From: an uncultured virus (IMG/VR IMGVR_UViG_3300033571_026375)
Taxonomy: Duplodnaviria; Heunggongvirae; Uroviricota; Caudoviricetes
Strand: one strand, 5' to 3'
IMG/VR virus record: IMGVR_UViG_3300033571_026375
Span: 62,001 to 119,799 of that record
DNA: 57,799 bases
The notes beneath the pieces are model-generated. The model made no database searches. It saw only the letters and a program-made list of their open reading frames with translations, and was not told where the DNA came from. The position numbers and the translations under genes were made by a program. This document shows positions 12,901 to 18,427 of this stretch, in pieces. How positions within the stretch are numbered: position 1 is the stretch's first letter; the number at the start of each line of letters is the position of its first letter.

Positions 12901-15900
12901 TTCTGCTTCTTGTCTGGTTCTAATTAAAGCTTGTTCTAGATCGTATAATACATCTGCACTAGCACCGGCTGCGCGAGCCATAACTAGATCGGCCTCATAT
13001 GCTCTTTGTGCTTCTGCTGCCGTGGCCTGATATCCACGACTCAATAATTGAGAGGATCTAGAGGATGCAACTCCTAAATCATTAAGTACTGTAGCTAGGT
13101 CTCCTAGAGATCTGACAGCAGTATTACTCGCTCCTATTGTATCTACAGAAATAGCATCGGGTCTTGCTGCTGGCCCTCTGCTTCTGCCTCCGAATAAGAA
13201 TTTCTGTACCCTGCCTCCGCTATTCAACCCCAAAGCCTTCGTGGCTTTTTCTCTTAAGATAAAGCTGCCAACAGGCAATCCTATAGGACCAATACTATCA
13301 CTGGTTCCAGTGCCCGATCCTTTAAATATGCTCATCCCTCCACTCGCAAAACTATTCATCCCATTTCGATCAGCCTGATTCATTTTATGGAGTTTCCCAT
13401 AACCAATTTTTTTAGCCATAGCTGGAGGAACATAAGCTTCACCATTACTAACCATAGCAGGTACAGTCCCACCACCAGCATAGCCCATAACGTTCTTTAA
13501 ATATGTAACGATATTATCTTTGATTGTGGATGGCCCACTAATAGTTCTCTTAACATCTGTGGGTATATCATCAGGTAGTCCAAAATATTTAGCAGCATCG
13601 CCTAACCCATTGGGAAAATCAAATCCCATGCCTTTGAGGGCTCCGGGACCACCAAGTTTTTGTACAACCTGTTCTAGTAATAACCCCTCTATATCTCCCT
13701 GTGCTTGCGAATTTGGTAAACTTTTGCCAGTTCCGTATAAATAACTAGTGATACCTTCATTAGATCGTTTTTTGGCTGCTGCTATATTACGCGGATCATC
13801 ATCAACAAATAATGAATCTGGATTCAAAAATGCAGCCTTTAATTCGGCAATTTCATCTGCACTAATATTTTCGCCACCAAAGCCTTTAAATTGAGATCGT
13901 GGTATGGGTAGATCTTTACTGGCTAAAAATCCTTGTATAAGACCCAAAGTCGATTCTGGTCTAGCCGTCACCACTCGTATATATTGTAATAAATCTTTTC
14001 TTTGTTTTATCAACTCTACTAAAGATGATCCAAGATAAGTTAATTCTGCTCCCTGTAATGCTGCAGATACTTTATTTGGGTCACTAAACTCCGAAAACAC
14101 TGGTTTGCCTGGATCGGATAATATCTTGTCGGCTCCAGTAACTAGTGTTCGGTCAAAATCCGTATTAAGTTCTTTACCTAGCCCAAGTTTTGCTAGTATA
14201 TCGCCTGTTGTGGCTACCTCTGCTAATCTCGTGGTTAATTTATCTGTTGTTTCTGATACAATAGAGCTAAAAGAAGAAGCTATTTTACTATCCATTATTC
14301 CGCTAATAACTCTAACCTTTGCGGACTGAGAAAGTGACGGAGATTCGATATCCATATTTTGATCGGCAAATTTCGATCCAAATAAGCCTGCTGCGGCAAC
14401 TTCTAGATTATTATTCTGTAATTTAGTTATCTGAGCTTTTGCTGCTCCTAATTGCCTATTGTTTGCTGTAACAGCTTTTTGAAGAATAGCTTCTTTAAGT
14501 CCTTGTGTTTTTGCATCTGGATTTCTTTGTCCTAGTATTGTGTATATCTCACCTGAACTAACTCCAACTTCTCTTTCTGTTGTACTTATGCCACCTTTTC
14601 TGCCAGATAAAATATCTAGGATATCTTTTCTACTCATGCCTCTTGCTTTTTCAAGAGTAAGGGTTTCACCCCCTTCTTTAAATTTTTGAACAATACCTCC
14701 AGATCTTAATTTCCTATAAAATTGCTTTTTATGAGATTCTAATCCAGGACCTGTATCTCCTCCATAGTATTCAAGATTGCCTAGATTGACAGTATTACGA
14801 CCAAGCGGGTCTGTTTCTATGGATCCGTCAACTTGGTCCGAAGAATTTTCTTTAAAAAACCTATTAACTGATCTATCTAATAATTTTTTAGCCAACAATT
14901 TAGCTATTAAAGCTCGTTTTGGTTCTTTGGTAGTTTTAAATTTTACTTCCCCCCATACGTTACGAGATGATACGGTGTCTACAGGATAATTGGGATTGTC
15001 TTTATTAGCTGCTTCAAGATTATGTCTTTTCCTGATTATTTCCTCATACTTAGTAGCCCAGGCTTTTTCTGCACGAGAATACTCTAGACCATCTATAGAA
15101 TCTGATTCAGGTCCTTGATAGGTTGGTCGCTGAGATTCTACTAATAATTTTCTATTCTTAGGATCTTTTATTTTTGTCTTTAATTTTCCAGTTAACGTAG
15201 GATATGCACCTTTGATCTCACGTATCTCTGCATCAGTGAGCGGTTTCTCTTTAACTCTAATAATTTGAGCATTAACTTTATCATTTAATTCTAAGTTAGA
15301 GTTTTTGTTACGTGGATATAAATAGTTATTTATGATAGTTCTCTGACTATCAGCAAGCTCTCTAACAGTATATCCTCCTTCTCGTAATTTTTTTATACCT
15401 CCTCCACGATTCATGCTGCTTAAATTGTCAGCACCGATACTTCTAACCGCACTCTTTCTCATTACAAACTCACCAGGAGTTAATCTAGCATTGACGCTAT
15501 CAGAATCTCCTGAGCCGGGAACCAATCCTCCTCTAGCAAAACCTATAACACCTCCGTCTCTGGCTCGTTGACGATTACCCCTAAAACCTCCACCAAAACC
15601 ACCAGCAAATTGAGTGAGGGCACTAGCTCCTCTAAAAGCACCCATAATAGCTATTAATGGCAAAACACCTTTAGTTGCATCAGCTACTTTAATTAGTGCG
15701 CTGGCTAAATCCAAACCAAGTCTCACTAAAGTTTGAAAACCCTTACTATCTCCTAGAGATCTAACTAAAGCACTAAATTCTTCTCTTACTTTTTGTATTT
15801 GAACCGCCAGTGCCATCTGACCTTTAGCCGCATCTATCGCAAGAGAGCCTTGACCTTGTTGTGCAATTTTCAGAGCTTCTTGAGCGGTGGAAAACTGTTG

Positions 15901-17109
15901 GATTAACGGAAGCACTTTACCGATTTGTCTGAATCCACCAAGTTCTTCTACTATGCTACTAAATTTTAAATCTCTGGGATCTAGTCTACTTAATCCTTCG
16001 CTGAGTCTGCGCACAGCTTCGTAGGGCCCAACGAATTTACCTTCTAAGTCTGTGAGAGTAACTCCGAATTCTTTTAAGGCTTCTACTGTATCTCCTCTTT
16101 GAATACGAGTAAAAATAGTTCTTAATCCAGTGGCGATAGTTTCAGCACTTTCGCGAGTAGTCGCACGAACACTAGTAAATACTGCAATAAATTCATTTAA
16201 CGCATCTGTGCCTTCACTGACACCTTTACTAGCAGCAGCAAATACACCACCAGTTCTTTGTATAGCAGTAATAATATCTCCGGCTTCTACGGCAAAAGCC
16301 GCAGCAACAGAATTTACACTACCTAAAGCATTTTCTAGCTGTCCAGCGCTAATGCCGAACTGTCTCATAAGCGCGATACTGCCTTCTACAGTATCTGATA
16401 AGCTATCAAAAGATGGGGCCAAAGCACTTTTAGCTAATGCTTCTAGCGCGATTCTCGTATCTTTAGCTGTTAAACCAGCTTGCGCCAATGTTACAGCAAC
16501 CTGAGAAATATCCGATGATGAGACGCCAAAATTTGTAGCTAATTTTGTTATCTCTTGTACCATAGCAGATAATGATTCTCTGCTTTCATTAGTAACTTGT
16601 GACAATCTAACGATTTGTCTATCAAATTCTATATACTGTTGAACACCTTTGGCCAGAGCGTTTGTAACGCCGTAAATAACAGATGTTACAGAAGCGAACG
16701 CAGCAAAACGTCGTACGGCTAGTCCTGCTTGACGACCGAAATCCTCAAATTCTGTTCTGGCTTGCGCAATGGCTCTGCTGGCGTTATTGGCGGCGCCGGC
16801 TGTTCTAACCAAAGGAGTACTGATGGTTGCGGGCAAATTCACATTTCCAACCGCTCTCATCGCAGCCGCCAAATTATTAAATGCTGTAGTAGCATTTGTC
16901 GCAGCTGTTGTCGTAGCTCCTAAAGTTTGTGTTAATACTCTTAGATTATTATTGACTTGAGTAATTGTTCTAGATGCATTTCTATCTATATTTAAATTGA
17001 TATTAGCATTGATATTACCTAGCTGTCTACGAATATTAGACGTTATTTGCCTAATATTAGACGGACCTCTGAGATTGATTTCTGCTGTAAGATTAAATCC
17101 TCTAGCCAT
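934..17109 (-). CDS. Giant tail tape measure protein (5391 aa) with repeat-delimited cargo domains
   Basis: The N-terminal ~500 aa match the phage tape-measure core pattern (FDRQIVRLSQVT...LAQAGL...AVEAGDI...ESAETIATGLRTIFTRI...LGGFRQIGK). The gene lies downstream of the tail tube and chaperone-like genes. RBS GGGAG at 17116-17120. Confidence 0.92.
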   Translation of the reverse strand: MARGFNLTAEINLRGPSNIRQITSNIRRQLGNINANINLNIDRNASRTITQVNNNLRVLTQTLGATTTAATNATTAFNNLAAAMRAVGNVNLPATISTPLVRTAGAANNASRAIAQARTEFEDFGRQAGLAVRRFAAFASVTSVIYGVTNALAKGVQQYIEFDRQIVRLSQVTNESRESLSAMVQEITKLATNFGVSSSDISQVAVTLAQAGLTAKDTRIALEALAKSALAPSFDSLSDTVEGSIALMRQFGISAGQLENALGSVNSVAAAFAVEAGDIITAIQRTGGVFAAASKGVSEGTDALNEFIAVFTSVRATTRESAETIATGLRTIFTRIQRGDTVEALKEFGVTLTDLEGKFVGPYEAVRRLSEGLSRLDPRDLKFSSIVEELGGFRQIGKVLPLIQQFSTAQEALKIAQQGQGSLAIDAAKGQMALAVQIQKVREEFSALVRSLGDSKGFQTLVRLGLDLASALIKVADATKGVLPLIAIMGAFRGASALTQFAGGFGGGFRGNRQRARDGGVIGFARGGLVPGSGDSDSVNARLTPGEFVMRKSAVRSIGADNLSSMNRGGGIKKLREGGYTVRELADSQRTIINNYLYPRNKNSNLELNDKVNAQIIRVKEKPLTDAEIREIKGAYPTLTGKLKTKIKDPKNRKLLVESQRPTYQGPESDSIDGLEYSRAEKAWATKYEEIIRKRHNLEAANKDNPNYPVDTVSSRNVWGEVKFKTTKEPKRALIAKLLAKKLLDRSVNRFFKENSSDQVDGSIETDPLGRNTVNLGNLEYYGGDTGPGLESHKKQFYRKLRSGGIVQKFKEGGETLTLEKARGMSRKDILDILSGRKGGISTTEREVGVSSGEIYTILGQRNPDAKTQGLKEAILQKAVTANNRQLGAAKAQITKLQNNNLEVAAAGLFGSKFADQNMDIESPSLSQSAKVRVISGIMDSKIASSFSSIVSETTDKLTTRLAEVATTGDILAKLGLGKELNTDFDRTLVTGADKILSDPGKPVFSEFSDPNKVSAALQGAELTYLGSSLVELIKQRKDLLQYIRVVTARPESTLGLIQGFLASKDLPIPRSQFKGFGGENISADEIAELKAAFLNPDSLFVDDDPRNIAAAKKRSNEGITSYLYGTGKSLPNSQAQGDIEGLLLEQVVQKLGGPGALKGMGFDFPNGLGDAAKYFGLPDDIPTDVKRTISGPSTIKDNIVTYLKNVMGYAGGGTVPAMVSNGEAYVPPAMAKKIGYGKLHKMNQADRNGMNSFASGGMSIFKGSGTGTSDSIGPIGLPVGSFILREKATKALGLNSGGRVQKFLFGGRSRGPAARPDAISVDTIGASNTAVRSLGDLATVLNDLGVASSRSSQLLSRGYQATAAEAQRAYEADLVMARAAGASADVLYDLEQALIRTRQEAEAEVAVMQSLANMSGVELQDTLSDMEDELRRLTDAARNAAAAAGLTGEELETEVRAGAGDRRRQAFETVAASGTGPLRALGGGTGLDLAAIGATGDDLGRVINNLMRDAETLEQMNMRYTQNRREEVAQAAMAAGNIARAARIRAGSERDVEETIQREIRARTTAVEQNARSTGARGPDEAREFNRQNNMLASFAVMTVGNIIADTINAKSSATEAGVAGGIRGGTQAFAYANQISGELTNFADGLSRTGNRFAGLASNIARFAGRVQIFAVLGEAAIQAYNGIRQFGIELEKNRVEQALSGLTEQFDKLNKDLNQLDLRNAIQSNIIDASRSSERLRSQTLDTASAGWINGIDVFISSLQNSETNNTNRRAALRSQVLEKEGIMEYINTSFGGADTYAAKAAKYSGQQALESSQSFKPVADNINQLISARIRGGENIGDILGGPEFKDFATSLVYADSALNKHIREIELSTRYTEEEKKARIDEIISIQGANKIRTQAAIAQREKDQRELGTVASVYTRSLKRMFTNMEQAINAAAYSLKQMTDNIDLNVSALQGQAKVGSVDLQTSNIIQNPRAYNPGVRSSAQASASSLFGTRAPEMAQLMNLGETVENTVMSTINKTLEDKGPDASNEAIARAVDKSVRDELSGLGLPPELADKLAKEVGDTLVDLRKSGDEKVDFAKLSEKLGSLSSVIDTAKDAQQAAIKALENYQNVLNAYANNINRIIDLETSARDKFNKSVNIAADGSTALSKALGRTITVADAFAKRDASIARQTGGLTDPTDIFNKILSLNNNRDILQSSSREAADKGPAGIQDFIKFNSELKNTNIALRENRAALEDMATNTEKASSAMDAIQEAQQKAAGRIGFLEKVVTSTPDELDSLNQSLYRLQRNMNGQQNTIQNSIGAQKAYRDALNQGASAAEAMRAAQTAFANERKETLGTLQDIMPFLGDNQQANNIKANVLETMLAESGMGVSPLFQQILNTLRNPEQDPATAAAIQYYNQSIAEQSTATRLLGQLDQQLANDIAVQNSKLIVDGLTKTVLTFQNNELRDIADKVNTMVSIMQKAPGAGGLASGGMVYAAGGQFINFQPKGTDTVPAMLTPGEFVVNRAATQANLPLLKSINNGYSRGGKVSYYAAGGFVTNWGSQTSMDEFGMMSDKEIIDPSVEANRAIWSAGYKQNIRLLPSYYTLDFSDDNTTIPSPGADPDSPNFNLDQIKPTSGKVRVGSAVGISRVGDDQYAYIDNQGAIDASSDMPIIKAAETNLYLGLDKFKSTNFAQSKATEYKDRFRSFEALDSTLHKSISMDPIAFADDLPKLSDFTSNANEWNPTLAGKSYGIAFDTSTEIRPTDKDVSAAPSFKIWYYKRSPLNYAGWAPGLAMGVSVKQPNFDIGTPYSSNDGFDSKSWVVFGSGKYKSAMYPDLEKMNGVITGKGIKDANTISSENYELYKNTVDFLSGASTYKDTGGLGAALQQKLSSLYNGLAQFITLDQNEIAPLDELVKLNATSAIIAQQSLEQQFKDGLQFIDTNAAKYNKVKIGLTGAKPAIKNPDFLASKPFDIENTATKISKSFPFMINGNMREILGKDFEDVAAQQAAATKGKVHSRLLPVDELKVNLPVNIQGKQPQLSIPIAYEEYTGELFDPSTKNFDGKPFTTLLPNNISETLFQNLDESRKRLFTTKKYTVPDILKASKLDDPTNPIFTDIIDLFKFQTNNDPNVDAQAKKVAANLNLVFDHPQNSLIKNVGLAGDGGVDVFSAMSDEPTTVNVGEFLLKKFQEFRGQLASGANKVDPIMPKGAVFSDAELPQATAALIRGSMALFGGLKLPGAPYGWLSKSGGPQALRAAISGNPVAAAQHMAGVLNQAGAYVSQLQNRAPNVSAYNALDNAMTMISGAANAFGSLAGGDTSLLKQFYENKVPIAAVFRSLGAASRFGKISGMKLSPDWQNILGNQLQGSKLKTVGRDGSLSDATLVSAIPENATVSDLVKVIFNPYNEFAGKDIRKGLIQKFGDDIFNLRGPNRMPYFDPQTLSFIRTGLYRLMDWYGGKGNWVGQDYFFDEKNEPDNALRMANFAQSLKTDGSQFYKDAMEAHTLFGLSNAFGALPTDQWFMSRGAVLPQKKAAGGVIYAQTGGNLVNFKPQGTDTVPAMLTPGEFVVNRRATQKNLPLLRSLNSGGSTGYSQGGVVYLSGGSADPVVDVTGNGVGNISPKVIQQALITGIRNDQLLAGNASREDTLDMTVRDYTRRTVFKDHLLNLGVTPEQLKIAEDDLRERSETGVDLPAGDMYDRQIAGTLIRQGISQDIIDKAKKANYEAQNKTFRIQKDLFDKKKMALARSNVFGVEYFMGNLSIFDASRGARKDKKLLEERFKLTDMTKDNTVNVLDLLTWLSRNPDVQSAANPYISSSDAWMPKGFLSGSGGVFSDTTRKQDERAEIEPHIRTLSPQLDTWANVLRYRLDSARQAQDLRDAEAKLAQNQTKEKQGVEAWGSGGAGGIDPSEINTLRAKQKEWGQKRLQYMERLNTLEGLISLRAIGGTGVGSLEELVANEQGMSTSIRDNEQLGLREDIIDEGNREGLRKGARNLVMTAAIGAASPFLLPAGIAAAGGAAVLTIGGSLGAMYLADAVEEKNYQNLKNTDPKEFARQQLLRSQNSYQEAAASMENIVDIADMALGIGAGAVNTKGLFKYRFFQEAADGQPVKIKNTAVSRSAEAKDIADKSKAALKDMSDDAKAKPKTADDVKTDTEAKAKTKTEQPATPEKPIKFKSPKVAEAWNNAVAEARAKYNKSINEFSDQQMKDYFETGPGSAAKQQVNAQIEQLKLDAGATKMNDADAWNTIATQYPDRFGQFADDLKKNGYMIDDDGNIIFGPNARGIVDSDPNMAGAFENARTKARQQGIDEAADKLKIKKGSKDYDDLVKAYDDDISIKGRTWRGYVKDKWAAVTKSKWARLAAGGAALLAAWQAWMMLNANKQNQKPPGGAPTIPPAPGTGGSGGGGGGGSGGGNTPTVPPLEPTVVDPAGKTVKKIETPNYYDELTYKEYVSRQLVAGHAPPEPIKKLFTTAAVYGYQTDATGKRIRGSNRRTTAYDQRDTSGLNKGIGLEGDETGGAMRAKSPVGGRTVSSQTHTTTAPFVPSSTTYDGKGGFNYKPGGAPQDTRNLSEEDKARIKKQGGFLPSGQFGTDQNNKEGNAGIRQSAGAAPAIPFGVRPVPPEKKQGAADEFVESASSTDVAKQMEIANRPMSVRGKTVMWGRTSPLTQYKTAYAFWRRKLGEYNYFNSIAYQKKDRWKKGFGKYDSVLKQEKEAQGLSRGGVVYAQNGMLIPYQPRGTDTVPAMLTPGEFVVNRAATQKHLPLLKTLNRSKGGTVSYLSAGGQSAPAAPPLFVSDKNAAKLSNVGKDVKNVEILGKDIKSLLINNPVPKKLDESTGKILDCCKDSQNKNQKNAENILTLQLQNRTNMGISTKLIMGAIEYTGMKAEAAIAKASVEKPAWVDEEVNSIQSKIIVMISQSIDSAKQSVTDTIGAAKDALAGMLGGAAAPAGAVPGPAAAGAAAAPAAGAAGLYNGGMVYASNGTLINYQPRGTDTVPAMLTPGEFVVNARATKKHLPLLSAINDGNYKADGGIITPSYYANGGHNPDHKQWAEARQRHEERQEQTQILSGYKKFGNRAPLFFEIDNQIKQARNLFDALDANAINEDLTKDQVITMVEDKIAKASSDQKAALINAERATAQQRFQYLLGVVQRSSVAIQSLTGNARNYESVQNPGFTYYDILDAQIKHGQAEGKALYEGWLELNKEVGSVSLPGSTAVGLPAPGAGGANPPVGKQYGGLIYANNGMLIPYQPKGTDTVPAMLTPGEFVVNRNATRNNLALLQDINSNRFNNGGPVVYKQAGGPIMYRQYGGMTDESGGGTSGVSNSGGPDFDKLAQFTATFDRFIGQLQKLNIPPQINLTLTQQKPLEINVNGAEALQKLLEGPLGDIVRGNVNTALNQNRVGNEEPPQ
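1354..9627 (-). repeat. Five dispersed copies of the protein motif GTDTVPAMLTPGEFVVN in the TMP (1354-1404, 2137-2187, 2896-2946, 6442-6492, 9577-9627)
   Basis: All 17 residues are identical in the five copies, which differ at synonymous codon positions. Degenerate copies occur at ~13250-13310, ~13430-13470 and ~15455-15510. Confidence 0.97.
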
Positions 17110-17120
17110 TAATTACTCCC

Positions 17121-17159
17121 ATAAAATAACAACGCCACACTAAAAAGCATGGCGTTGGT
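17121..17159 (-). terminator. Intrinsic terminator-like hairpin directly upstream of the TMP RBS
   Basis: Minus-strand RNA CAACGCCAUGC-UUUUUA-GUGUGGCGUUG followed by UUAUUUUAU. The two G-U pairs form only on the minus strand. Confidence 0.7.
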
Positions 17160-17193
17160 TAATGAAACAAAGCTAGAATAAAACAATAAACTA

Positions 17194-18081
17194 TTATGTA
17201 GTTGATTTATTTCCCTCTGATACTGATGCTGCAGGAGTTGCTTCATTGGTAGGTTCTTTGGTTTCTAAACTTTTTTTAGTTTCCTCATCTAAAATTACTG
17301 GATTGCCGTTGTCATCCAAAAATGGCTGACTATCAACTAAGTACTCTCCATCTGCATCTACTCTATTACCATCTTTATCAATGAACTCTCCGTTGTCATT
17401 AATGTACCTACCATTTTCATCTACTAATCTTCCTTCGCCATCTACAGTTCTACCTTGCTTATCTATAAATCTTAAATTGTCATTAACAAATTTATATTTA
17501 CGTAAAAACTTATTCTCGGGCAAATTCTTCTCAAAATCATTATCCAAACCGTAAATCATATTGGCCAATTTCTGTGCTCCCGCAAGAGCTACGGGATCAT
17601 CTATGCGACCCATATAGTCTTCCAGGCTCTCAAAATACTTTTTATCACTATCTTTATACACCACACAAACACTCACCAAATAATTAAATCTAGCATTATC
17701 AGCTTGACCTTCGGCACTATGATTGTCTAGGGAAGTCCTAACACTAATTAATTCTCTAATCTTACCTCGTACTTCTCTCATCTTAATGGCCATTTTTTTA
17801 GCTTCACTAAGAGCAAAACCGCCCTTGGCTAGTTTTCTTTCGCCTTCTAATAATTCTTTTTGCAAATCATTGTATTCTTTTTGCTTATCTTCGTTCCATA
17901 AGCCTTGCTCTTCGAGTAGATCATCCATTTTGGCTCTTACAACACTCTTGCTTTTAATAGCGTCTGTAAAAGCATGATTATATACTTTCTGAGCTTCTCT
18001 TTGATCCGTTAAAGAGGGCGACCTCACCATAAATGTTTTCGTCTCTTCACCAACCACAACTTTAAAATCCTCAGTTTTCAT
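17194..18081 (-). CDS. Putative tail assembly chaperone with C-terminal 7-aa DxxG repeats
   Basis: Lies immediately upstream of the TMP. Charged helical N-terminal part and a repeat tract FIDKQGR-TVDGEGR-LVDENGR-YINDNGE-FIDKDGN-RVDADGE. The function is inferred from position only. Confidence 0.5.
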   Translation of the reverse strand: MKTEDFKVVVGEETKTFMVRSPSLTDQREAQKVYNHAFTDAIKSKSVVRAKMDDLLEEQGLWNEDKQKEYNDLQKELLEGERKLAKGGFALSEAKKMAIKMREVRGKIRELISVRTSLDNHSAEGQADNARFNYLVSVCVVYKDSDKKYFESLEDYMGRIDDPVALAGAQKLANMIYGLDNDFEKNLPENKFLRKYKFVNDNLRFIDKQGRTVDGEGRLVDENGRYINDNGEFIDKDGNRVDADGEYLVDSQPFLDDNGNPVILDEETKKSLETKEPTNEATPAASVSEGNKSTT

Positions 18082-18104
18082 ATTATACTGTCCTTTCTTC
18101 TATG

Positions 18105-18413
18105 TTAATTATTTTTTGTATTATCTTTTGGTACTCTAAAAGAATAATTGAAATTTTGCTTAAAAAATCCACCATACTTATAAAAATCATCTTCAAGATT
18201 TCTGATCTGAGCATTTCCTTGGTTTAGAATCTGATTTCTAGTTCTTTCCCACATATCAGAAAATTCTATTTGTTCCGAGGTAAGGTTATCTTCATTTTCA
18301 ATATCTTGCCCCCACAAAAATCCAAAAGTATTTTCAAACTTGCTTAATGCTCCTATCATTGTTGTTTCTACTCTTTTTTTAAGATGAAATATCAGTCGTT
18401 CAGTATCTGTCAT
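18105..18413 (-). CDS. Hypothetical protein (tail assembly region)
   Basis: 102-aa ORF tightly packed in the operon, with an AAGGA RBS upstream. Confidence 0.7.
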   Translation of the reverse strand: MTDTERLIFHLKKRVETTMIGALSKFENTFGFLWGQDIENEDNLTSEQIEFSDMWERTRNQILNQGNAQIRNLEDDFYKYGGFFKQNFNYSFRVPKDNTKNN

Positions 18414-18427
18414 AGTATTATTCCTTA

